DNA of 64,000 nucleotides. It comes from Shigella phage Shfl2. Positions 20,534 to 31,087 of the stretch are shown one piece after another. Both the position numbers and the translations under genes were made by a program. The notes under the pieces were generated by a model that worked only from the letters and a program-made list of their open reading frames with translations, ran no database searches and was not told the origin of the DNA. The first letter of the stretch is position 1. The number at the start of each line of letters is the position of its first letter. The stretch lies in sequence record HM035025; one strand, written 5' to 3'.

Positions 20534-21993
20534 AGACCAGTTACCTCATGAAAATCACCAAATACATCCTCGAATGTATTAGCTTTAGTTTTATCTTCAC
20601 GTAAACGAATCGCAATCGGAAGAAATAATTTAACGTAATCAGTGCGGCCATCAGATTTTAACCAACCGTTGCATTCGCACTCTAGAATTTTTCCAATATA
20701 ATAATTTTGGTTTTCCATAATGCGAGTACGGTCAAGCTCATGTGATTTTACGCCGGCTTTATCTTTTAAGCCTGAACCAGCATTTACTTTAATTTTTCCA
20801 CACTCTGACTCAAGAATAAATCCACCCGCTTTGGTAGGGTCTTTACGGTGAGGATAAATTCCTACAATTTTTAAATCAACATCAATTACTTCTTTAAATT
20901 TATAAAGATTTTTTGAACGAGCATTTTCCCATAATCCATCGATATTTTTGAGAATAATACCTTCAAGACCTTGGTCAATATACTTTTTATAAATTACCTT
21001 AGCTTCATCTAGGTTATTTACTATCTGGTTTTCAATTAAAATTACTTTATCATAACCTGATGTCATTTGTTCTAGTTTAGAAAAACGTACATCATATTTC
21101 AAACGAAATGCAGGAAGACCGTATATTTCTACCAACGGGACATAATCCCAGACCTGAAACTTCATGCATTTGGCTTCTTTTTCGGAAATGGTTCCTTTTA
21201 AGGATTTATTGGCGATTCCATTAGAAGCAGTACGAGATTCCGCTACTTCGGCGAATTCTTTAGCTTTACTAATTTCAGGATAAGCATCAAAAAGAAAATC
21301 TAGGCCTTCTGGTTCCTTTTTAACTTGCTCATGGTATACCAATTCGCCATCAATTAACACACCTTCTGGATGAATCTGACGAGCTTCAGCAGTCATTTTA
21401 ATTAACTCTTCCTTAAGAAGATCTAATCCTAGATATTCATTACCAGCTCGTGATAAAAGACGAACATCATCTAATTCATCACCTCTAACTTCAGCAAAAC
21501 ACCGAGCTCCATCTGCTTTTAACTGCGCAAAGGCTGGAAACTTGATATTCTTATTAATGCCTTTTTCATCATAAGAACTTGCCAGCATTTGAGGTTGTTC
21601 AGGAATTAAACCTGGCCAAACTTTGTTTGCAATAGATACTGAAGCACCGCATTCAAGGTCTCGCATCATCACTCGACGCAAAACTTCAACATCATCTTTT
21701 TTACCGTCAGCAATATATCCAGTCAATTCCTCAATTGCCGCATTTCCAGTCAATTTCCGAGTAGCTAATGTGAATTCAATGAAGTCAAGCATATCGGTAA
21801 GAGTCAACATTCCAAAACTCTGGGTAGCAATACCAGGTTTAGGCCATTTCTTGATATAATACTGTAACCCACGAGAATAAGTCAGACGATATACTCGTTT
21901 AAGCAATTCATTATCTTTATTCTTTTCAAGAATTGCTTGCTTCTGCTTAGTTGAACCAATAGATGCTATTTCATTCAGAATTTTAAGAATCAT
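20530..21993 (-). CDS. 30: ATP-dependent DNA ligase gp30
   Basis: 487 aa; N-terminus MILKILNEIASIGSTKQKQAILEK matches T4 DNA ligase. Confidence 0.95.
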   Translation of the reverse strand: MILKILNEIASIGSTKQKQAILEKNKDNELLKRVYRLTYSRGLQYYIKKWPKPGIATQSFGMLTLTDMLDFIEFTLATRKLTGNAAIEELTGYIADGKKDDVEVLRRVMMRDLECGASVSIANKVWPGLIPEQPQMLASSYDEKGINKNIKFPAFAQLKADGARCFAEVRGDELDDVRLLSRAGNEYLGLDLLKEELIKMTAEARQIHPEGVLIDGELVYHEQVKKEPEGLDFLFDAYPEISKAKEFAEVAESRTASNGIANKSLKGTISEKEAKCMKFQVWDYVPLVEIYGLPAFRLKYDVRFSKLEQMTSGYDKVILIENQIVNNLDEAKVIYKKYIDQGLEGIILKNIDGLWENARSKNLYKFKEVIDVDLKIVGIYPHRKDPTKAGGFILESECGKIKVNAGSGLKDKAGVKSHELDRTRIMENQNYYIGKILECECNGWLKSDGRTDYVKLFLPIAIRLREDKTKANTFEDVFGDFHEVTGL

Positions 21994-22259
21994 TGTTCAT
22001 CCTTTAGAGTTTGGTTTACAGCTCTATTATAAATCAATTCATCATTAAGCTCAGGCAAAGACTTATGATATGTAGTTCTAACTTTATTTCCTTGCATCCA
22101 GTGCTTGACGTAAATGAAACCTTGCTCTACACATTTTTTAAAAATTCGTTCGTCTTTTTGAGCTCGGAATTCTGGATTGCATCTAAAAAATTGATTTACG
22201 TGACCGTAATCACGTGTAGTATTACCTTCATTTTCATAAATAGTGTGAACAACAAACAT
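21990..22259 (-). CDS. Hypothetical 89-aa protein (30.x region)
   Basis: ORF coupled to gene 30 start. Confidence 0.55.
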   Translation of the reverse strand: MFVVHTIYENEGNTTRDYGHVNQFFRCNPEFRAQKDERIFKKCVEQGFIYVKHWMQGNKVRTTYHKSLPELNDELIYNRAVNQTLKDEQ

Positions 22260-23128
22260 TAGAATGCTCCTTGGAAAATATTATCACCACTACCACTAGT
22301 AAGTCTATTAAAATACCCTGCATCACCAGGCTTAGTATAACTCCACGTATGAAATGGATTCATATGATACGGGTGTGTATAATATGGATTATATGGATGT
22401 GTATAATATGGATTATACGGATTAAATCCAGGAGTTCTCCAGGTAGTGTTCCAACGAAAAGAATCGTTTTTAACCATCTTCTCAATTACATCTTTTATAG
22501 CTTTTTCACTATCAAAACTTTCTTTATTTTCCTTCGGTGAAAAAAGCTTATTTTCTACATCATTCCATGTATAAACTCGCTGCGCAGTTTTTGGAATATT
22601 GTCACGCTCTCCTCGAGCCATCCAATAAACAGGAACATTTAATATTTCACTCGCATGATCGCAGTGGTAAGCAAGATCGTCAATGTAACAAATTACGTTA
22701 TATTTCTCTTTTGCCTTTTTGAACAACTCTTCTTTTGAAGAATCATGACCACACATCATTACTTCTGAGAAGGCACCAGGAAAAAGAGCATTCAAATTAA
22801 ATTGACGATTCAACAGAGCGTCAATAGAATCACCCAATGCTGTAACAGCTACAAAATTATAATCTTCTTTTAATTTGTTAATTACACACAGTGCATCTTT
22901 ATATGGAGACAAATAACGAATAAAATCTGATCGATTATATTTTTCAATTAACTTGACACCAAGTTCTTCATCACAATTAAAGAGTTTACCCGGAGAAATA
23001 AATTTCTCATCTTGGATCATTTTTAAAATATGTTCTAACGGAAGATTATATTTCTGAGCAAAATAAGGAAGGCCTGATTGCCAGCTTAAACATACTCCAT
23101 CAATATCAGTCAAAATAGTAGGCTTCAT
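22259..23128 (-). CDS. HAD-superfamily phosphatase-like protein with C-terminal NPYYTHPY repeats
   Basis: 289 aa; N-terminal LTDIDGV (HAD motif I DxDG[TV]); tandem 24-nt coding repeat near C-terminus. Confidence 0.6.
   Translation of the reverse strand: MKPTILTDIDGVCLSWQSGLPYFAQKYNLPLEHILKMIQDEKFISPGKLFNCDEELGVKLIEKYNRSDFIRYLSPYKDALCVINKLKEDYNFVAVTALGDSIDALLNRQFNLNALFPGAFSEVMMCGHDSSKEELFKKAKEKYNVICYIDDLAYHCDHASEILNVPVYWMARGERDNIPKTAQRVYTWNDVENKLFSPKENKESFDSEKAIKDVIEKMVKNDSFRWNTTWRTPGFNPYNPYYTHPYNPYYTHPYHMNPFHTWSYTKPGDAGYFNRLTSGSGDNIFQGAF
22384..22427. repeat. Direct tandem repeat (about 20 nt core, 24-nt period, 2 copies) inside the HAD-like gene
   Basis: TGTGTATAATATGGATTATA occurs twice 24 nt apart; encodes NPYYTHPY x2 on the minus strand. 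Confidence 0.6.
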
Positions 23129-23589
23129 AGAGAGTCTCTTAATAGGTTTAACACATCAATAAATTCAGCTTCGGTTAGTATTGTATCATCTTTTGTTAGA
23201 CCACTAGCCATGCTGTGCTTCAAAACTTTTCCTTTCGAGGCTTGTAATGCATCGCGAAAGCCCTTGTTTTGGAACGCTGCTTCAAAATATGCATTTGTGT
23301 ATAATTCTTTCCACGCCGGGGAGTATCTTGAAAACGGAACTCCAATCCAGAAGAGGGTCCCACGGTCCTGAGCTCTTGCATAAGACCTTCCAGCTTGTTG
23401 GGCGGCAAGCCCGGATAATCCAAATATACGACGTTGTTGTTCAACATTTTTCACCTTGCATCCTTGGAGGAATCCTTCAAGACCTCCAAATTGAATACCA
23501 TCCATGACGAAAGGCCATTGGGCGAAATTGCTTAATGCACATGATGGCCATCTAAAATTGCTTCTAATCTCTAACTCAGACATTTTCAA
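23125..23589 (-). CDS. YbiA/NADAR-family protein (putative ADP-ribose/NAD-derivative N-glycosidase)
   Basis: 154 aa; LSNFAQWPFVMDGIQFGGLEGFLQGCK aligns with E. coli YbiA FSNFAAWPIKVDGKTWPTSEHYFQAQK by eye. Confidence 0.55.
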   Translation of the reverse strand: MKMSELEIRSNFRWPSCALSNFAQWPFVMDGIQFGGLEGFLQGCKVKNVEQQRRIFGLSGLAAQQAGRSYARAQDRGTLFWIGVPFSRYSPAWKELYTNAYFEAAFQNKGFRDALQASKGKVLKHSMASGLTKDDTILTEAEFIDVLNLLRDSL

Positions 23590-23782
23590 TACTTATAATT
23601 TCAACATCAGCCCAATGACCATAGCAAGGAAGACGAAATTCAACTGGCCAGTTAGGGTCCTTTTCTAATATAATAGACTGAACTTGTGGCTCTTCATATT
23701 CATCGGTATACGGACCTTTATACGTTACTTTATATGTGACCTTAATGTACTGAATTCCAAAAATCTTATTAATTATATTCAT
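23576..23782 (-). CDS. Hypothetical 68-aa early protein
   Basis: ORF in 30.x early cluster. Confidence 0.45.
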   Translation of the reverse strand: MNIINKIFGIQYIKVTYKVTYKGPYTDEYEEPQVQSIILEKDPNWPVEFRLPCYGHWADVEIISIENV

Positions 23783-23976
23783 ACTAATTCCTTTAATCCA
23801 TAGATGGGAGATAATTCATCACCCATACGAAGGTCTTCATTTCCATCTACCCAGGAAACAATATAAGCCTCTTTTATTTGAATACCACTCCATTTAAATG
23901 GAGGTAGAACCTTAGAAATTAATCCAGGTATACCAACTCCCTTTAATTCAACAGTTTGACCCAAAAAGAATTTCAT
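23779..23976 (-). CDS. Hypothetical 65-aa early protein
   Basis: ORF in 30.x early cluster. Confidence 0.45.
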   Translation of the reverse strand: MKFFLGQTVELKGVGIPGLISKVLPPFKWSGIQIKEAYIVSWVDGNEDLRMGDELSPIYGLKELV

Positions 23977-24263
23977 TAGAACCTCATCTGAAAGCCGTGT
24001 GATTTAACATTACCACCGCCAATATCAGAAATGTTAATTTCACTCGCAATTGAAGGGTCAATGTCAATTTCACGATTGAGTTTAGTGATAGCTAAAGTAT
24101 CACGCCCATTTACTGTACGGAATTCTAAAGGACATACCACATCAACGTAATTTTTAATCGATTCACTGGTAGGTTGCAAATGTGCAGGAAGGTCTTTGGG
24201 CGCCTTAGAGAAAACCACTTCACAAAAATTTTTGCGGGTATCAAAATAAGTAGTCATAAACAT
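23976..24263 (-). CDS. Hypothetical 95-aa early protein
   Basis: ORF in 30.x early cluster. Confidence 0.45.
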   Translation of the reverse strand: MFMTTYFDTRKNFCEVVFSKAPKDLPAHLQPTSESIKNYVDVVCPLEFRTVNGRDTLAITKLNREIDIDPSIASEINISDIGGGNVKSHGFQMRF

Positions 24264-24304
24264 AATATTTTCCTCAGTAAGGGGCCGAAGCCCCTCATTT
24301 TATT

Positions 24305-24670
24305 TTAAATATCAAATTCGTTAAGAACTACATCAAAGATTGCTTCGAGATGTTCAGGTTTAGCTCGGTTACTCAGGATATGACGAATCCAAGTTTTAAC
24401 CAGAAGTTTACGATTAACACCGTTCCAGCAAGGATGAGTACCTAAATCACGCTGACGGAAATCATCATCTAATGCAATTTTGAAGTTGGAACCTTCCATC
24501 GTGATTGAAACCGTGATGCCATTTTCAAATCGCATATAAACGTAGTTAGGAGTCATATACTGCTCAATTTCGCATACTGATCCATTTTGATGTTTCCAAA
24601 GGCAGATGGTATCAATAGAACCTGCAATACCATTAGAAACATATTTACGTTCAAAGTTAATGTAGTTCAT
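24305..24670 (-). CDS. Hypothetical 121-aa early protein
   Basis: ORF preceded by early promoter at about 24700-24750. Confidence 0.5.
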   Translation of the reverse strand: MNYINFERKYVSNGIAGSIDTICLWKHQNGSVCEIEQYMTPNYVYMRFENGITVSITMEGSNFKIALDDDFRQRDLGTHPCWNGVNRKLLVKTWIRHILSNRAKPEHLEAIFDVVLNEFDI

Positions 24671-24738
24671 TTTTATTCTCCGAGATGTTTAATTGCGGTA
24701 CAGGTATATAATATCATATCCTGTACCAAAGTAAACAA

Positions 24739-25071
24739 TTATTTTACTACTTTCCAATGCTTCATGTCAAGTTTACCAACTTTTTTCATCTTCTCAATTA
24801 AGCGTTCGGCACGTTGGCGAGCTGTAACATAATACCATTCACCTAATTCATTTTGTTCAATTTTTCCAACGATTACTGTATTCAATTCATAAATCCAACC
24901 GGTAAAGAAATTATGAACTTGAATTGTAAAGGTGAAATCTGTTCCCATACCTTCTGTTGTTTCTACTTCAATAATATCACCTTCAACTGCCATTAAGAAC
25001 CACATAGTTTCATCATATGCACCGTTGAAGCATTTAGTTTTAACCGCAGCGTTCAGATTAATCGTTTTCAT
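24739..25071 (-). CDS. Hypothetical 110-aa early protein
   Basis: ORF preceded by early promoter at about 25085-25135. Confidence 0.5.
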   Translation of the reverse strand: MKTINLNAAVKTKCFNGAYDETMWFLMAVEGDIIEVETTEGMGTDFTFTIQVHNFFTGWIYELNTVIVGKIEQNELGEWYYVTARQRAERLIEKMKKVGKLDMKHWKVVK

Positions 25072-25140
25072 TTTATTCTCCTTTGTTTGTGTAAGATAAT
25101 ACTATCACAAAGGAGCTATACTGTAAACAACTTTATGCAA

Positions 25141-25177
25141 TCTTTGGAAAATAAAAAAGGACTCCCGAAGGAGTCCT
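25141..25177 (-). terminator. Strong rho-independent terminator
   Basis: AGGACUCC-UUCG-GGAGUCCU hairpin followed by UUUUUUAUUUU on minus strand. Confidence 0.65.
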
Positions 25178-25181
25178 CAAC

Positions 25182-25358
25182 TTATGCTTTCTGCTTACCA
25201 AAACGAGAAGCATCATCTCGAAGAACCGCACGTGCTCGGCGCATGATCTTCTCAACAGTTTGATTGATACGAGAGTTCGACCCACGCTTGTAGCCAGCGC
25301 GTTTAGAATCACCAACTTTCTTTTCAACTGCTTTCTTTGCTTTAACTTGTTTTGCCAT
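25182..25358 (-). CDS. Small highly basic protein (about 58 aa from internal ATG; T4 30.9-like)
   Basis: MAKQVKAKKAVEKKVGDSKRAGYKRG...; Lys/Arg-rich; ORF track extends to 25400. Confidence 0.5.
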   Translation of the reverse strand: MAKQVKAKKAVEKKVGDSKRAGYKRGSNSRINQTVEKIMRRARAVLRDDASRFGKQKA

Positions 25359-25603
25359 TATAAATTCTCTTTTAAATGAAAATGCAGGACTTATTGGCAT
25401 TGCCTGCGCAAGCCCTCAAGGGGAACATAGGTTTTTGGGTATTTAACGACCAGGATAACCATAAACCCGTCATCATTCACATTCAAGAGGTACACCATAA
25501 AACTGCCGGGGTCTTAAAACTATAATGATTCGTAAATCATTAATCAGACAGTTCGATGGCTCCTCGATTTTAGCTCACACTAAGGCAGTGAATCTCCAAT
25601 AAA

Positions 25604-25852
25604 TTACTTCAATGTTACCACAAAGTGACGAACTGCTTTTCGTGCAGCAGAAGCCAAAGGCTTAGCATATTTAAGTTCATCTTTTTCCTGAAGCTCAGCA
25701 GCTAATGCAGTTTGAGCAGGATTCAGATGTTTGAAATAACGCAGGATTTCAAGAGCTTCGGCTTCAACATCAATAGATGCGCCATAGTTTTCGTGACCAT
25801 TATTCCATGCGTTTCGTTGCAGTTCAAGAGCGTGTTGTAATTGTTTAATCAT
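25604..25852 (-). CDS. rIII: rIII lysis inhibition accessory protein
   Basis: 82 aa as in T4 rIII. Confidence 0.85.
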   Translation of the reverse strand: MIKQLQHALELQRNAWNNGHENYGASIDVEAEALEILRYFKHLNPAQTALAAELQEKDELKYAKPLASAARKAVRHFVVTLK

Positions 25853-25999
25853 TTAAAAATTCTCGTTAGAGATTAAAACCCGGTAGTCACGTTCTTCTGA
25901 ATTTCATCTTCTTTCGACAGATCTCTCAGTTGTAGACTACCACATAGAATTGTTCGGTTAACTTATTATTCCGACACCCAATTCATATTATTATTTATA

Positions 26000-26335
26000 T
26001 CACTTATAAAGACACGGAATAGCTTTATAGTGACAGGTAACAAATTTTTGTTTAATTTCCTTTGGCTGCTTAAGACCCAGAGCTACAAAAGGATGCGGAA
26101 CGTTTCGAATTTGACCAACTGGAAGAGAAGTCAAATCACCAACTTCGCAGAAACCTTCAGGAACATCAGGACCAACAGAGTGAACTACACACAGTTCAGG
26201 AACTTCACCTTGGACACGTTTACCAATAATAAGTCCTGATTCTGTAACTTCTTCATCACCGGCTTGCGCAGGTTCAGAAACTAAAATAACATATTCACCG
26301 ACAGCACGAATTGGTAGCTGTTGTACTTCAGACAT
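26000..26335 (-). CDS. 31: Co-chaperonin gp31 (GroES analogue for gp23 folding)
   Basis: 111 aa; position between rIII and cd. Confidence 0.9.
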
Positions 26336-26391
26336 CGTTTTTCCTTTTTGTTAACAGATGAATTAATAATAACAAATAATTCTTAAAGCAT

Positions 26392-26700
26392 TTATTTACC
26401 AATAAATTGGAGCAAATGCTCAACTTTCATACCATTAACGGAAATCAATTTGTCAATAGAAAAACCTCGCCATGCACCAAGCTCAACATCAAATACTGGA
26501 ATCATGTCAGTAGATTCTTTCCGAGTAGATTCAGTCAATTTACCAGTTTGCATGGTTGGCATAAAGTCTGCATCACGAGTACCTTTCATAGTACGAATAG
26601 TACCATCAGACTTTTCAAAAACTACGTTTGAAATACCCATGGACAATTTAGTTTTCAAAATTTCACGAATTGCTACTTTCTGTTCAGTTGTCAGTTTCAT
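26392..26700 (-). CDS. Hypothetical 102-aa protein (31.1-like)
   Basis: ORF downstream of gene 31. Confidence 0.5.
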   Translation of the reverse strand: MKLTTEQKVAIREILKTKLSMGISNVVFEKSDGTIRTMKGTRDADFMPTMQTGKLTESTRKESTDMIPVFDVELGAWRGFSIDKLISVNGMKVEHLLQFIGK

Positions 26701-26937
26701 TTATTTACCTATTACAGTTTTAATATGAGTTGTTCCACGTTCTTTAAGAGTGGAAAGCAACTTTTGGCATTTTTCTAAATCAGATTTCCAACTATACGGC
26801 CTATCAATACAAACCCATTCTGACTTATAATACTGTTTCCATTTAGAGAAAAAATATTTCTTATACTCTACAGCAAATGAAATGTTCTCGTTAGAATAAG
26901 AACTAATTGCTGTGAGCTGTACCAAACGAAATTTCAT
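26701..26937 (-). CDS. Hypothetical 78-aa protein (31.2-like)
   Basis: ORF coupled to cd. Confidence 0.5.
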   Translation of the reverse strand: MKFRLVQLTAISSYSNENISFAVEYKKYFFSKWKQYYKSEWVCIDRPYSWKSDLEKCQKLLSTLKERGTTHIKTVIGK

Positions 26938-27518
26938 TATTCACCACAGAATTCGTTGATATTTTCCCAATTTAACTTATTCAAGTTTTTCTTAGGAACA
27001 TTAAACACTTCAATACCCGCATTTCGCAGAATATCATCCCAGCCAGGTTTATTTTTATCGTATGTTTCGCAATAAACCAGCTTTTTAATTCCAGATTGAG
27101 CTATCGCTTTTGCACAATCTGGGCAAGGAGAAAGTGTTACATACATAGTAGCACCTTCAATTGAAGAACCATTTCGCGCAGCAAACAAAATCGCATTTAG
27201 TTCAGCATGAATTTCATTTTTAGACGACCATTCAGAGTGAGCATTACGATGTTCTTTCGCCAAGACAAAACGATCAGTTGAACCAAATGATACACATTCA
27301 GGCTTATGACCTTGAATGATAGTATGTTTAGGCTTATTCAGCAACCAACCTTGCTCAGCAGCATAATCGCAGCAATTCACACCCCCGGCAGGTGAACCAT
27401 TATATCCGGTAGAAATAATACGTCCATTCTTTTCAATTACCGCTCCTACCTTCCAGGAGCAACATTTTGATTCTTGTGATACTAAATATGCAATTTGAAG
27501 TACTGTACTCGCTTTCAT
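26937..27518 (-). CDS. cd: dCMP deaminase
   Basis: 193 aa; zinc-binding deaminase motifs HAELNAI and PCPDCAKAI. Confidence 0.9.
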   Translation of the reverse strand: MKASTVLQIAYLVSQESKCCSWKVGAVIEKNGRIISTGYNGSPAGGVNCCDYAAEQGWLLNKPKHTIIQGHKPECVSFGSTDRFVLAKEHRNAHSEWSSKNEIHAELNAILFAARNGSSIEGATMYVTLSPCPDCAKAIAQSGIKKLVYCETYDKNKPGWDDILRNAGIEVFNVPKKNLNKLNWENINEFCGE

Positions 27519-27853
27519 TTCATAATCACCAGATAAGCAGATTTAGCAGTTTCAACACGATAAATTTCGTGACGAAGTTTAGTTATACTTTTAATAACAG
27601 AACTAATTATATTCTGCCCATCTTTAAAGCGGTTTTTCTTATCAATAAAAATTGCACCAACCATCTTTTTGTGAAGCTCAACCGGATACTTCGTCACAAT
27701 AATAGCATCATACACAGAAGGATGAATACTATTCACTAGAGTATCATTCATTAAAGTTATTCTAATGAACTGTGCTGTTTCAGAGTCAAGCGCTCTATGA
27801 TCACCAGTATCATTTTCAAGACAATTATCAATTATATCAGTTAAATTCATCAT
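27515..27853 (-). CDS. Hypothetical 112-aa protein (cd.1-like)
   Basis: ORF in cd-pseT early cluster. Confidence 0.45.
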   Translation of the reverse strand: MMNLTDIIDNCLENDTGDHRALDSETAQFIRITLMNDTLVNSIHPSVYDAIIVTKYPVELHKKMVGAIFIDKKNRFKDGQNIISSVIKSITKLRHEIYRVETAKSAYLVIMK

Positions 27854-28086
27854 AGTACGCCATACACCCTTTGTGCTTCAACTAATCCATCAAAATCCAG
27901 TTTAAGATGTGTTATTTGATCACCATCACCTGGATTCACAATTACTAATACTGAACGAGGAGTTTCGGTAATAACACGAACCGATGTTTCAGGAAATCGT
28001 TCAGAAACCTTATTTACCAATTCCTGAGCAAATAGTTTAACTTTTTCTTGGAATTCTTTAACAGTAATTGGTTTTTCACTTAGCAT
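27850..28086 (-). CDS. Hypothetical 78-aa protein (cd.2-like)
   Basis: ORF in cd-pseT early cluster. Confidence 0.45.
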   Translation of the reverse strand: MLSEKPITVKEFQEKVKLFAQELVNKVSERFPETSVRVITETPRSVLVIVNPGDGDQITHLKLDFDGLVEAQRVYGVL

Positions 28087-28607
28087 GTTGATCCCAGCTC
28101 CTTACTTTCAACGTTTTTAACTAATTTGACAGAAACTAATTCGGCATCTTGGGTAATCATTACCGGGCCTTCTTCATACTCTTCAAGATATTCTAGAGCT
28201 TTCTTTTTAGCTTCTTCCTTCGTATCAGTTTGAGCATAGATATAGAACATACAACCAGTAATACCTACTACTTTCCACTTAATTTCTTTATCAGTTTTAA
28301 TTTCAAATTTACTGATAGAGTCATCTTTTTGAACTTCTTCGAAAAAATAATATTCTGACATATAAGTAATTGAAAATAACGGGCTATCTTTATAAGATTC
28401 GCCCATTACATCAACAGCTTTATACCAGCAGTCATCAATTTCACGTTTAATGCTAATAACATTTTTCGCAGAATCTATTTTTACTTTAAATGAATTTTCC
28501 CCAATAAACTTGACAATTCGTTTATTAGCCCCGCAAGTTTCATTAAAAATATCTTTATATCCAGCTTTAAAGCGATAAACCTTATCTTCTTCAAACCATT
28601 TGCTCAT
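28080..28607 (-). CDS. Hypothetical 175-aa protein (cd.3-like)
   Basis: ORF preceded by early promoter at about 28625-28675. Confidence 0.5.
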   Translation of the reverse strand: MSKWFEEDKVYRFKAGYKDIFNETCGANKRIVKFIGENSFKVKIDSAKNVISIKREIDDCWYKAVDVMGESYKDSPLFSITYMSEYYFFEEVQKDDSISKFEIKTDKEIKWKVVGITGCMFYIYAQTDTKEEAKKKALEYLEEYEEGPVMITQDAELVSVKLVKNVESKELGSTC

Positions 28608-28669
28608 TTCAATTTCCTCATTTGTTTTGGTAGAGCTATAATATCACAACTCTACCGTAAAGTAAACTG

Positions 28670-28945
28670 TTAAATTGCCTTGAATTCTGATGTCTGTGAT
28701 TCAAAACGAATATCGCCTTTGATGACTAGCTCAGCATCAAGACCGAATACGACAATGATATGTGCGGAACCTGGATACAGCGTAATGGCAATAGAATCAA
28801 CCTGGTCTGGAAGCAAAGTATTCAATACATGAGTCACTTGAGCATGAATTCGAAGCTCGGCTGCGTTATCAAGCTTTTCAAACATATTATTAGCGATAAT
28901 TTGGCTAAACACTACTTCTACGATTTTAGAATAAGTCGGAAACAT
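28670..28945 (-). CDS. Hypothetical 91-aa protein (cd.4-like)
   Basis: ORF in cd-pseT early cluster. Confidence 0.45.
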   Translation of the reverse strand: MFPTYSKIVEVVFSQIIANNMFEKLDNAAELRIHAQVTHVLNTLLPDQVDSIAITLYPGSAHIIVVFGLDAELVIKGDIRFESQTSEFKAI

Positions 28946-28947
28946 AT

Positions 28948-29148
28948 TTACCTCGCATAATTTTCTTCAAGCCAATCAATAACATCCAACGCATTATCAA
29001 AAGTTGAACCATCTACTTTGTCTTCTGTTTCATAATCAAGAACATCTAAGCCTACTCTTCCATCAACAATAGGCCATAAACAAAATAGATATTTCTTTTC
29101 TTTTTCAATTTTATCACAAAGACGATAAATCTTTTCTATATTATTCAT
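28948..29148 (-). CDS. Hypothetical 66-aa protein (cd.5-like)
   Basis: ORF in cd-pseT early cluster. Confidence 0.45.
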   Translation of the reverse strand: MNNIEKIYRLCDKIEKEKKYLFCLWPIVDGRVGLDVLDYETEDKVDGSTFDNALDVIDWLEENYAR

Positions 29149-29337
29149 AAGTTTTCCATGGTAAAGGCAGTTTAGTTTTCTTTACTGTTAGTTCAATATC
29201 AGGATTCTTTTCTCTTAATTTAAGGCATTCCTCCCAAGCTCTGATTTCACTAGTGAATACACAAAATTGCCCATTACTAGTACCGACTAAACCACTATTT
29301 ACAATAATAATAGCCCAAGTTTCATGATGCCACGCCA

Positions 29338-29338
<1 letters not shown>
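29141..29338 (-). CDS. Hypothetical 65-aa protein
   Basis: ORF coupled to pseT stop. Confidence 0.4.
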
Positions 29339-30563
<1,225 letters not shown>

Positions 30564-30566
30564 TTA

Positions 30567-30797
30567 TTATTTCTCAACCAATGATTGAATATAATCATGC
30601 AGGTCTTTAGATGCTTTACCCCACTTATTTTGGTATTCATTTTTAAGATTAGCCCGAGATTGAGCTAATAAAACATCATTAGTTGGAGGTAAAGATTCTA
30701 ACCGTTGAATCTGGCGTCCATAAATCATTGCAGCCATCTCGGATTCATAAATCAATCCTTTGAGATGTTCAAATTGATGCCATGAAATCATTTGCAT
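30567..30797 (-). CDS. Hypothetical 76-aa protein
   Basis: ORF upstream of pseT. Confidence 0.45.
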   Translation of the reverse strand: MQMISWHQFEHLKGLIYESEMAAMIYGRQIQRLESLPPTNDVLLAQSRANLKNEYQNKWGKASKDLHDYIQSLVEK

Positions 30798-31087
30798 TTA
30801 TCCTCTTTTAACTCTTGACGATAATAACATATCATAGTTTTCTGATCATGTACATATCGTTTTACATCATTAAGCCAAATGCGAAATTCCTGGGAATCTT
30901 CAAATGGCATACCGACCCAAGCTTTACCATCAATAACTTTAACTTGCCAAGATAGTTTAGCTTCATCATATGACTTTATTTGTACAGGCCAATTAGGATG
31001 AACTGTTTCTTTCTTTACTTCTAGAGGCTTTGTCGAACAACCAACTAGAAGACCAATAGATAATATTACTGCTGATAGTTTAATCAT
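30788..31087 (-). CDS. Putative o-spanin (outer-membrane lipoprotein)
   Basis: 99 aa; signal peptide with lipobox LVGC; immediately downstream of a TM + coiled-coil protein. Confidence 0.6.
   Translation of the reverse strand: MIKLSAVILSIGLLVGCSTKPLEVKKETVHPNWPVQIKSYDEAKLSWQVKVIDGKAWVGMPFEDSQEFRIWLNDVKRYVHDQKTMICYYRQELKEDKCK

Noticed and set aside
25853-25999. Intergenic region between gene 31 and rIII as a candidate small RNA
   Set aside because: Size and position fit a promoter/leader for rIII; no terminator-bounded unit or conserved structure is evident.
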